In this document: positions 9,129 through 17,408 of the stretch, piece by piece | How the letters are laid out: each line of letters opens with the position of its first letter | How positions within the stretch are numbered: the first letter of the stretch is position 1 | Assembly: GCA_031549385.1 (NCBI GenBank) | Contig: JAVBPW010000002.1 | Coordinates: 17,841 to 81,840 of the forward strand | From: Alphaproteobacteria bacterium | GTDB lineage: Bacteria > Pseudomonadota > Alphaproteobacteria > Rs-D84 > SZUA-605 | Length of the DNA stretch: 64,000 bases | Reading direction: 5' to 3' | Translations under genes and position numbers: made by a program | Notes under the pieces: generated by a model | Databases searched by the model: none | What the model was told of the DNA's origin: nothing | The model's input: only the letters and a program-made list of their open reading frames with translations

Positions 9129-9869
9129 TTAGAATCTCATCATACCGCCATTTACGTGTATTGTTTGACCTGTTATATATTCAGCTTCAGTTGATGCTAA
9201 ATATAATGCTGCATAAGCTATATCTTCTGGTCTTCCAAATTTTTGTGATGGAATTTGATTCATCATAACTTCTTTTATTTCAGGTGAAAGTACATCTGTC
9301 ATCTTTGACATTATAAATCCAGGTGCAATTGCATTTACTGTTACATTTCTTCTTGCAAATTCCATTGCTAAAGTTTTTGATAATCCAATTAAACCTGCTT
9401 TTGATGCTACATAGTTTGCTTGTCCTGCGTTACCCATTACACCTACGATTGATGAGATATTTATAACTCTTCCATAACGTCTTTTTGACATTCCAGCAAT
9501 TACTTGTTGTGTTAATTTAAATACTGCAGTTAGATTAACATTGATAACTTCATTCCATTCTTCGTCTTTCATACGCATTGCAAGAGTGTCTCTTGTTAAT
9601 CCTGCATTGTTTACTAGGATATCAATCTGTCCTGTTAATTCTTCTGCTCTTTTTGCAAAATCTTCAATACCTGGTAAGTTGCCTAAATCAAAATTTAGTG
9701 TAAAAACTCTTTCTTTTAATTCTTCTTTAATAGATTTTAGAGCTTCTTCATTTCTTCCAGTTATTATTACTGTTGCTCCAGCTTGGTGTAGAGTTTTTGC
9801 TATTGCAAGTCCTATCCCAGAAGTTGATCCTGTTACTAAAGCTGTTTTACCAGTTAAGTCAAAAAACAT
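9129..9869 (-). CDS. fabG: 3-oxoacyl-ACP reductase (SDR family)
   Basis: TGSTSGIGLAIA cofactor motif, NNAG, and catalytic S...YVASKAG typical of FabG. The stop abuts the comEC start. Confidence 0.85.
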   Translation of the reverse strand: MFFDLTGKTALVTGSTSGIGLAIAKTLHQAGATVIITGRNEEALKSIKEELKERVFTLNFDLGNLPGIEDFAKRAEELTGQIDILVNNAGLTRDTLAMRMKDEEWNEVINVNLTAVFKLTQQVIAGMSKRRYGRVINISSIVGVMGNAGQANYVASKAGLIGLSKTLAMEFARRNVTVNAIAPGFIMSKMTDVLSPEIKEVMMNQIPSQKFGRPEDIAYAALYLASTEAEYITGQTIHVNGGMMRF

Positions 9870-9933
9870 TATATTTTCCTTTTTTAAAGTTAATTTATTG
9901 TGATTTTAATGATTTTTTTTGCTTTTTCAATCT

Positions 9934-11013
9934 TTACATTTGTTGTGTCAATTGTTCTTGCATTTCAAATGTTCCAAAGATAACCCAAGCTATTACCACA
10001 GCAATTAAAAGGATTGCAACGGAGTTCAAAATATTAGCAATTGATTCAATTTTTTTAATAGAGTCTTCTAAGAACCCGTCTGCTACATTTTCTAATGCTT
10101 CTTCGAAATTATCAAGTTCCGAATAAATTTGTAAGTCGCCTATTAATTCAGTATCTGGAAAGTTTTGTTTACTTAGATATAAAGCGTTTCCTAAGTTTTC
10201 TCCTTCAGAAACAAATGATAATACTTTTCCTATTCTGTCTGCTAGGTATGGAGATGAATTGTCTTTTAAAATTCCTAATGCTTTTGATATAGGTGTTCCT
10301 GATTTTACAAGTGATGATAAAGATAGTAACCAAGATACTCCTGTAAACATTCTGTATAATGACCATGGTGGAAATTTATCAAATATTACTCTGAATCTGT
10401 TTGTCCAAATTGGCATTGTAATAGCTATTGCTGCTACGATTACAATTATTACTATTGGAAATAACCACCAATATAGTGCCATAAAATCTGATACTCCTGC
10501 AAGAGTTAATGCAGTACCTGTCCATATGATTTTTTTACCAGCAGCTTCTGTTAGTGGTGGAACCAAATATAAACTTACCATAATTAAAATTAAGAATACT
10601 AAAACAAGCAAAAATAATGGATAAGCAAATGCGCTTATAATTGGGCCTATGATTCTTGATGATCCATCTGATACTTTTATAACGTGAACTAATGCTTTTT
10701 CTAAACGAGCTACATCACCAACTGTTAACATCAACTTTTCACGAGCTGGAACCCAATTGCCTAATGCATCTCCAAAAGTTTCTCCATTTTCTAATCCTCT
10801 TTGCCATGATGAAATTGCTATTGCCATAGGTTCAGATGGCTTTTTACCATTTACTGATGCAATATTCCATAATCTGTCTAATGATGCCATAAGAGTAAAA
10901 TTATTGCGTAATAGGGCAGCTAGTTTTTTATAAAATTTCAAACGTTCTGTGTTTGAACTTTTAACCATAAATTTTGCGTATGCTAAATTTAAACTTTGAA
11001 GTGATAATGCCAT
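9934..11013 (-). CDS. GspF/PilC-family inner-membrane platform protein (R64 PilR-like)
   Basis: 359 aa, polytopic, with two GspF-like cytoplasmic segments. Its start overlaps the stop of the upstream GspE-type ATPase. Confidence 0.75.
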   Translation of the reverse strand: MALSLQSLNLAYAKFMVKSSNTERLKFYKKLAALLRNNFTLMASLDRLWNIASVNGKKPSEPMAIAISSWQRGLENGETFGDALGNWVPAREKLMLTVGDVARLEKALVHVIKVSDGSSRIIGPIISAFAYPLFLLVLVFLILIMVSLYLVPPLTEAAGKKIIWTGTALTLAGVSDFMALYWWLFPIVIIVIVAAIAITMPIWTNRFRVIFDKFPPWSLYRMFTGVSWLLSLSSLVKSGTPISKALGILKDNSSPYLADRIGKVLSFVSEGENLGNALYLSKQNFPDTELIGDLQIYSELDNFEEALENVADGFLEDSIKKIESIANILNSVAILLIAVVIAWVIFGTFEMQEQLTQQM

Positions 11014-12671
11014 TAGAAAAGCTCCTTTTCATCTAAGAATCCACACCAACGTTCTACATCGTCAATTGATACTAATCCTTTTAACATTTTTTCTATTGCA
11101 TATTCTCTAAGAGAAACTCCACCAAGCTCTTTTTTCCAATATTCAATTGCTTCGTCTGTTTTTCTTTCTAAGGCTAGGCCTAATAGTTTTGCGTCAGGAA
11201 GAATTATTTCAAATACTCCAATACGACCTGTTACACCTTTACCTTTACATACATCGCAACCTGGTCCTTTTGTATATGCCATGTCTGCTTTTTGTTGGCC
11301 TATTGTTTTTAAAGCTCTTCTGTATGCTGGATTATCTGTTGCACCTCTTAATGATTTTTTGCAATTAGGGCAAAGTCTTTTAAATAATCTTTGTGATACT
11401 AATCCTTTCATTAAAGATGCATCGCCTAATTTAAAATCTTCTACACCCATATCAAGAAGACGAGTTAAAATTGCTATCGCAGAATTAGCGTGAAGTGTTG
11501 TCCAAACGTTGTGACCTGATAAAGCTCCACGGAATGTTAAATCCGCTGCTGATTTTGTTCTGATTTCTCCAACCATCATTGCGTCAGGGTCTGAACGAAG
11601 AGCAGCTGCAAGAGCAGATGTAAACGCTGCATCTTTTTCTTCTTCTGTTGCAGTGTTTGTCACAGGCATTTGGCGTGATCCTGGAATAGGGTATTCAGGT
11701 GGATCTTCCACTGTGATTAAATTTATTTCATAATTTCTTTCTTTTAACATTAGAATCATGTTTTGTTGTAAAGTAGTAGATTTTCCAGATCCTGTTGGAC
11801 CAGCTATGATACATAATCCTGTTGGAAAGCTACGCATTTTGTAAAATAATTCTAATTGATGTGGTTCTAATCCTAAAGTTTCTAATCCTCTTCCTGCATC
11901 TTGGCTTGCATACAAAAGTCGCATAACCAAATATTGAGAACCAAAGGCTATTGGATTGAATTGTAAACGTATAGCTAATACATTTCTTGGAAGATATAAA
12001 TCTTTTGAACCACGTAGTGGAGTATCTCCTAATTTTTGTGCTGCTTGGAATTCATTTTGAGCATAGTTTGAGTCAGATATATCAGCAGATGCAAATACAG
12101 AACGTACAAATGCTTCACCCCATGTGCCATCAAATTCCATCATCTTTTGCATTGTACCATCCATTCTGAAAAGAATTGTTGTTTCATTTCCTACAATTAC
12201 GTGAATATCTGATACTCCGCGTTCTGCTGCTTTTGAAACTATATCTACATAGTCTTTTTGAATTTGATTATTAAACGCGTCTAAATTAGGAATTAAATTT
12301 TTCTTTTTTAAATTTTCTTTGTAGATTTCATTTAAATTTCCAAGAGAAGTATATACAGTGCTTGTTATTTTATTTTTTGTTTTATTAAGTAATGAAACAA
12401 AACTTAAAACTTGTCCATCATATTTATGAGTGTTTGAAATTACTAATGTTCCATCTGAAAAATATGCTAAAATGTTTTTTGTTTCATGATTTAATGCTAG
12501 CTTTTCACCTGTATCTGTTAGAAGGCGATTGTTTGGAACAAATAATGTTTTGATTAATTCTGCGGCAGTAATTTCACGTGCTACAGTTTTTGGTTTTTCT
12601 GTTGCAGGTTTTGCAGCGTCTGTTTTTGTAACAGGTTGTGCTGGTGTAATAGGTGTTTTTTGTTCTGCCAT
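11013..12671 (-). CDS. GspE/PilB-family assembly ATPase (R64 PilQ / TcpT / BfpD-like)
   Basis: Walker A GPTGSGKST, Asp box, Walker B, His box TLHANSA, and the tetracysteine CPNC...CDVC cluster. Confidence 0.9.
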   Translation of the reverse strand: MAEQKTPITPAQPVTKTDAAKPATEKPKTVAREITAAELIKTLFVPNNRLLTDTGEKLALNHETKNILAYFSDGTLVISNTHKYDGQVLSFVSLLNKTKNKITSTVYTSLGNLNEIYKENLKKKNLIPNLDAFNNQIQKDYVDIVSKAAERGVSDIHVIVGNETTILFRMDGTMQKMMEFDGTWGEAFVRSVFASADISDSNYAQNEFQAAQKLGDTPLRGSKDLYLPRNVLAIRLQFNPIAFGSQYLVMRLLYASQDAGRGLETLGLEPHQLELFYKMRSFPTGLCIIAGPTGSGKSTTLQQNMILMLKERNYEINLITVEDPPEYPIPGSRQMPVTNTATEEEKDAAFTSALAAALRSDPDAMMVGEIRTKSAADLTFRGALSGHNVWTTLHANSAIAILTRLLDMGVEDFKLGDASLMKGLVSQRLFKRLCPNCKKSLRGATDNPAYRRALKTIGQQKADMAYTKGPGCDVCKGKGVTGRIGVFEIILPDAKLLGLALERKTDEAIEYWKKELGGVSLREYAIEKMLKGLVSIDDVERWCGFLDEKELF

Positions 12672-12672
12672 T

Positions 12673-13695
12673 TTAATTTTGCTTCATTTTTAATGGGTAT
12701 AATTTTTTACCTTTTTCAAAAACTATTCCATCTTGTGGAGATATAGAGCGAACTATTATTCCATCTCCTATTGTTGTTCCTTGACGAACAGTTATTTTTT
12801 TGTTTTGTGGTATATTTAATAAAGTTGCTGTTAAATTTCCACCAATTCCCATAATGCTTTTAATTTCATACACAGATGTTACTTCAAATGTCTTAGAAGA
12901 ATCTTCTGGTTGAACTGGAGTGCTTACTTCTGATACATATGATGGACCTGCATCAGATGGTGCTGAACTTACTGATTCAGAACTTTCTGCACTTACTTGT
13001 TCAAGTTTTCTGATTTCATTATCTAATTTCAATTGGTCTCTTTTTAATTTAGATAATTCAAGTTCCATCTGTTTGTGTTTTGTTTCTAAATCAAGTACAA
13101 ATTTTTCATTTTCAAGTTCTGAAAGTTTTGTAAATAATGAGTCTGAAAAATCTAATGATAGTAATGGATGTAAATATTTTGAATCTGATGGAATTACTAT
13201 TAATTCATTTTTTTCAACTACATCAACAGGTTGTCCATTTATACTTGGAGCAGCTGAAGAATTTGTGAATTGTTCAAAAGGTATATTTGTTGGCTGAACA
13301 GGTTGTTCAGGCATAGGTTGTGGTTGTTGTGGAGCTTCAACAAAAGGAATAGGTTGTTCCTCCATTGGTTGTGGAGCAGGTTCAACAGCTGGTGCTGGTT
13401 GTATTTCTGGAGCAGGCTGAACAATTGGAGCAGGTTGAACTTGAGGTTCATCTGGAAATACTTCGTTTTGTGCAAGAGATGATAATATTTCTTGTTTTTG
13501 TGGGTCTTGCTCTACATATAGTTCATCTTCTGGAATATCTTCGTTTGTGATGTCTACTGATAATGGCATATCGTCCATTAAATCAATTGGTTCTGATGGT
13601 GCAGGCATTGATACGTTAATTTCTTCTTGTGCAGATAAACGACTAGACGCGCATATTACTGCTATTAAAAAAAACAATATACTAATCTTTTTCAT
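12673..13695 (-). CDS. PilP-like type IVb pilus biogenesis protein with a long Pro-rich/coiled-coil insert
   Basis: Signal peptide. PAPxxQP repeats (PAPIVQPAPEIQPAPAVEPAPQP), a coiled coil, and a C-terminal PilP-like beta domain (IKSIMGIGGNLTATLL...RQGTTIGDGIIVRSISPQDGIVF). Confidence 0.55.
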   Translation of the reverse strand: MKKISILFFLIAVICASSRLSAQEEINVSMPAPSEPIDLMDDMPLSVDITNEDIPEDELYVEQDPQKQEILSSLAQNEVFPDEPQVQPAPIVQPAPEIQPAPAVEPAPQPMEEQPIPFVEAPQQPQPMPEQPVQPTNIPFEQFTNSSAAPSINGQPVDVVEKNELIVIPSDSKYLHPLLSLDFSDSLFTKLSELENEKFVLDLETKHKQMELELSKLKRDQLKLDNEIRKLEQVSAESSESVSSAPSDAGPSYVSEVSTPVQPEDSSKTFEVTSVYEIKSIMGIGGNLTATLLNIPQNKKITVRQGTTIGDGIIVRSISPQDGIVFEKGKKLYPLKMKQN

Positions 13696-15019
13696 AAACA
13701 CGCCCTTCAACCTTCCATGTCTGAGACTTTTGATCCCAAACTATTTCTTTAAACTCAGCACTTCCTATTGACCTAAATAGCTTTGCCCACTCTATTATAT
13801 CCAATTTTGAGTTAAAAGTAAACTTCATAAATGAAAATTTTTTAATAATATTTCCATTTATCGCTTGGTCTTCTAAAAATTCAGTCTGAATTTTGATTGA
13901 AGTTCGTTGAGAAAAGGCTAAAAACCTCTTCTTTACTATATCTTTTGGTTCTGTTGGAGCTATACTTACCTTTGTAAATTTTGGTTGTGATATTGAAGTT
14001 GATACATTTTCTCCGTTATCGTCAAATTTTACATTAACATTGCCTAAGATTGGTTTGAAATATTTATCAAACGCTTTTGAAATTATAGAAATATCACCTT
14101 GATTTCTTGTGTATGATGCTTCTATAGTTGTTGGATTACATGTAATAGTTTTTAAATCCCATCCAAATATTGGTTTTGAATATAGAGATACTGCCTTTTT
14201 ACAAATTGCAGCAAATTCTATTATATCATCCATTTCTTGCCATGGAAGAGTTGGGTCTTTTTGTTTTACTATTAAAGGTTGCTCAGGTTGAACTGTTGCA
14301 GAAGTTCCTGGAGCTGTTTGTACAGTTTGTCCTTCAGGTTGACCTTTATCTAATTTTTCTGGCTTATACTTTTCAAGTAATGCAGAATCTTGTTTAGGCT
14401 TTTTTGGAGCAGGGCTTATTAATCTTAATAAAGAGTTTTTATATACTAATGCTATAAATAAAACAAAGATAGAAATCAAAATTATGTTTTGAAGAGTTGA
14501 TTGTTTTTTTAATGGCAATAATCTTTGATAGCTTTCTCTTTCAAATAATTCTTCTATTGTTGTTGGTGATGAACCATCAACTCTCCATTCAACTGGTGCG
14601 ATTTTATATGCCCAATCTGGAAGTTCTAATAATTTTAAATAATGTGCTTTTGCTTCATCTTCTGTTTCAAATAATGCATCATCTTCTGGTAAGATAAGTC
14701 CGTTTCTTACTGCACATAACCAATAACCTTGTTGTGTTTTTAAACAAGATAAAATTGATGGTTTGTCTTTTAATACTGATGTTAATGAAATAGCTGCTAC
14801 AAATTGTTTATCTCTGTGACCTAGTTCACGGAATGCTAGTCCATATTGAGCATTACCAAATGTTTTTATGCAATAATAGTTTGCTTGTGGGACTAATGAC
14901 TTTGATGTTTTTTCTATTTCAAGAAGAGGGTTCTTCTTGTCGTTTAATGGTTGCCAAAAAAGTCCTACTGCGTAAGACTTATTGGCAACTATTATAACTT
15001 GTTTAAAGTTCTTGTTCAT
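13682..15019 (-). CDS. PilO-like (type IVb, PilO2-type) bitopic membrane protein
   Basis: 445 aa. N-terminal AVGLFWQPL motif, a single central TM helix, and a position between the secretin and PilP-like genes, as in R64/ICE pil operons. Confidence 0.5.
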   Translation of the reverse strand: MNKNFKQVIIVANKSYAVGLFWQPLNDKKNPLLEIEKTSKSLVPQANYYCIKTFGNAQYGLAFRELGHRDKQFVAAISLTSVLKDKPSILSCLKTQQGYWLCAVRNGLILPEDDALFETEDEAKAHYLKLLELPDWAYKIAPVEWRVDGSSPTTIEELFERESYQRLLPLKKQSTLQNIILISIFVLFIALVYKNSLLRLISPAPKKPKQDSALLEKYKPEKLDKGQPEGQTVQTAPGTSATVQPEQPLIVKQKDPTLPWQEMDDIIEFAAICKKAVSLYSKPIFGWDLKTITCNPTTIEASYTRNQGDISIISKAFDKYFKPILGNVNVKFDDNGENVSTSISQPKFTKVSIAPTEPKDIVKKRFLAFSQRTSIKIQTEFLEDQAINGNIIKKFSFMKFTFNSKLDIIEWAKLFRSIGSAEFKEIVWDQKSQTWKVEGRVYEKD

Positions 15020-15054
15020 ATTTCCCCTTCACAATATGAAGGAACTACCAATCT

Positions 15055-16629
15055 TTAGTAGGTTGGTGTTCCCCAAGCTTCAGAATGTCTTTCTTCTGGA
15101 TCAAGTGGGGATGCTATGATTTGTGGTGTTATCATGATAACTAGGATATTTCTTTCACTTATTGTTTCTCGTCCCCCTCCAAGAGTCATAAAGTTAGGAT
15201 CACCTACACCATATCTTGTATCTGAATTATTACCTTTTTCGAATCCAGTTAATATCAATGTTTGACCTGATTTTAACACAGCTTCTTGTAAGAATGATCT
15301 TTCTTCAATTCTTGGAAGTTGTAAGTCAATATTGTTGATAGTCATCTTATCGAAGCCTAATAATTCTCTTAAAGACATTTTAAACATTAATAGTAATCTT
15401 CCATTTTCAAAAATGTTTGGTAGAAGTTGTAAGTTAAAACCTACATTTTCTTCTTTAGGTTCTACACCTGTTTGACCTTGATTTTGAGTGAATTCACTAA
15501 TTTCAATCTTATCAATGTATTTAAATGTTTGTGTGTTGTTAACTGGAGCAACTCTGTTATTACGTGTTGTTACAGTTGCTGTTGTTACTACAGAAATTTG
15601 ACCTTGTTTTGCAAGTGCTTGGATAGCTGCAGATGTTCCAGAGAAGTCTTCAAGAGCTCCTGTTCCATTTACAATAGCCATGTTTCCACTTTGCATAAAT
15701 GGTGTTTGTGAGAATGGATTCCTGTATGATCCGTTACCTGTTCCAAGTTCAAGTCCAGCTGTGTTTTTGAAAAGTAAATTTAAGTCTAATCCTACAGTGT
15801 TACTATCGTTAATTGTAACTTGTAAAACTCTTACAGTAATAGATACCATTTTTGATAATCTTCTGTTCTTTTCTTTTACATATTGGCTTACTTTTTCAAT
15901 TGTTGCAGGTGTTCCTGTTACGGTGATTGTTCCTGTTGAAACTGCAACTGTTGCTCCACCATCTGGAACTAATGTTGCTAATTCAGTTTTAATATCATTC
16001 CATTCATCTAATTCAATATTTGTTGTTAGAGAATCGCCTGTTTCACCTTTTTTACCAAGTGACATATTTGAATTATATGATGACTTTGTTGCAAGTGAAT
16101 AGATAGTAAATGTTTTTGTTAACTTTTTGAACATAGTAATTTTACGTCCATCATAATACCAATTTACTCCTGTTTCTGTTCCGATTTTATTTAAAAGACC
16201 AGAAAGGGTTCCTGTATATGATAGTTCCATAGAATCCATATTTTTTGGATCAACAGAATCGTCAAAATCAATTAAAATGTCTGTCAATGCAGTTATTTGA
16301 TTTGCAATATCATTTAATTTTTCTTGCTTGTCTGTTACAATTGTTATTCCTAATGGAGTTTCTAATCTCTTAGGTAATGGTTCTCTGTTTTTTCTGTTTA
16401 CAGATTGATTTCCTAACCAGATGTCTTTTGAAACTTCAACTGTGTCATATTTCAATTGCTTTGCAGGATTTTTTGCACGTTCTAAATTTTCTGCAGCTTC
16501 TTTGTATTGATCAGCAACTTCTGTGTTTACTGACTCAGTTGCCTGAGGATCGCAAGAACACATAAAGAACACTGAAGAAATTACTAGTAAAGAAGTTACT
16601 AATTTATTTTTATTAATCTGCATTTTCAT
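15055..16629 (-). CDS. secretin, lipoprotein type (R64 PilN / BfpB-like)
   Basis: Signal peptide with Cys (FFMCSCD). C-terminal secretin domain (VTTRNNRVAPV..., GFNLQLLPNI..., RNILVIMITPQII). Confidence 0.85.
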   Translation of the reverse strand: MKMQINKNKLVTSLLVISSVFFMCSCDPQATESVNTEVADQYKEAAENLERAKNPAKQLKYDTVEVSKDIWLGNQSVNRKNREPLPKRLETPLGITIVTDKQEKLNDIANQITALTDILIDFDDSVDPKNMDSMELSYTGTLSGLLNKIGTETGVNWYYDGRKITMFKKLTKTFTIYSLATKSSYNSNMSLGKKGETGDSLTTNIELDEWNDIKTELATLVPDGGATVAVSTGTITVTGTPATIEKVSQYVKEKNRRLSKMVSITVRVLQVTINDSNTVGLDLNLLFKNTAGLELGTGNGSYRNPFSQTPFMQSGNMAIVNGTGALEDFSGTSAAIQALAKQGQISVVTTATVTTRNNRVAPVNNTQTFKYIDKIEISEFTQNQGQTGVEPKEENVGFNLQLLPNIFENGRLLLMFKMSLRELLGFDKMTINNIDLQLPRIEERSFLQEAVLKSGQTLILTGFEKGNNSDTRYGVGDPNFMTLGGGRETISERNILVIMITPQIIASPLDPEERHSEAWGTPTY

Positions 16630-17284
16630 CCTCCAATGTTTTTACAACTAATACTTTGTTTCCGAAGTAGAACTTTGCATATGGAGGAGGTGATGCTCTT
16701 CCAAATGATCTTACTAATGCTGATGCTACGTCAGTAAATCTTCCTTTAAATATAGCAGACGCTTTTAAAGGATATTCTCTGTTTGTACTCCAAACAATTT
16801 CCCATCCTTCAAGAGTTGCCCATTCTTCGATAATTTCACGAACTGTTTTTCCATCTTTTGCAACCCATTCGCGAATCATGTCAGGACGATATTCTTTTTC
16901 GCCTTCCATTTGTGATACACCATATTCGTTTATAGTATATACTTCTTGTTCGCTAATCATTGGTGCTACTGGAGCGTTAGATCCAGAAAGAGTTTGATAT
17001 CCATTGTTTTCAATTAATTTAACATTAGATAATTTCATAACACTATCTTCTTCACCATTAATTAAAAAATTATCAGGAGGTGTAAGAGATGCTCCACCAC
17101 TCCATCCATCAGTTGGTGCGTTATTCATATCTTGAGCAGCATGTCCACCAAAATTTAGTGTTTTGTTTTGTGAATAATAATCAGCTTCAGAGCCAATCAA
17201 AGGCCAAGCTGGTGGTGTGTCTGAATCTGCAAATGCAGGGACACATAATAGTGCACAAATAGCAATAATAATTTTGAATTTCAT
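16613..17284 (-). CDS. PilL/TcpQ-domain periplasmic protein
   Basis: Signal peptide. C-terminal segment GKTVREIIEEWATLEGWEIVWSTNREYPL...FKGRFTDVASALV...FGNKVLVV resembles the TcpQ/PilL domain. Overlaps the secretin start by 17 nt. Confidence 0.5.
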   Translation of the reverse strand: MKFKIIIAICALLCVPAFADSDTPPAWPLIGSEADYYSQNKTLNFGGHAAQDMNNAPTDGWSGGASLTPPDNFLINGEEDSVMKLSNVKLIENNGYQTLSGSNAPVAPMISEQEVYTINEYGVSQMEGEKEYRPDMIREWVAKDGKTVREIIEEWATLEGWEIVWSTNREYPLKASAIFKGRFTDVASALVRSFGRASPPPYAKFYFGNKVLVVKTLEDENAD

Positions 17285-17408
17285 TTATTTCCTTCCCCTA
17301 TAAGTCCTTAACTAGTTCCATTTATAAACATATATCTTTATAATTTCAAGAGAAAAATGTAATTCAGATTACTTTAAGTGATAAAGAAATAAAAAGTTTT
17401 ATATAATA

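Noticed and set aside
13290-13460. Short tandem nucleotide periodicity, considered as a possible VNTR or CRISPR-like repeat.
   Set aside because: It is the in-frame coding sequence of the Pro-rich PAPxxQP repeats of the PilP-like protein. The units are imperfect, and there are no spacers or leader.
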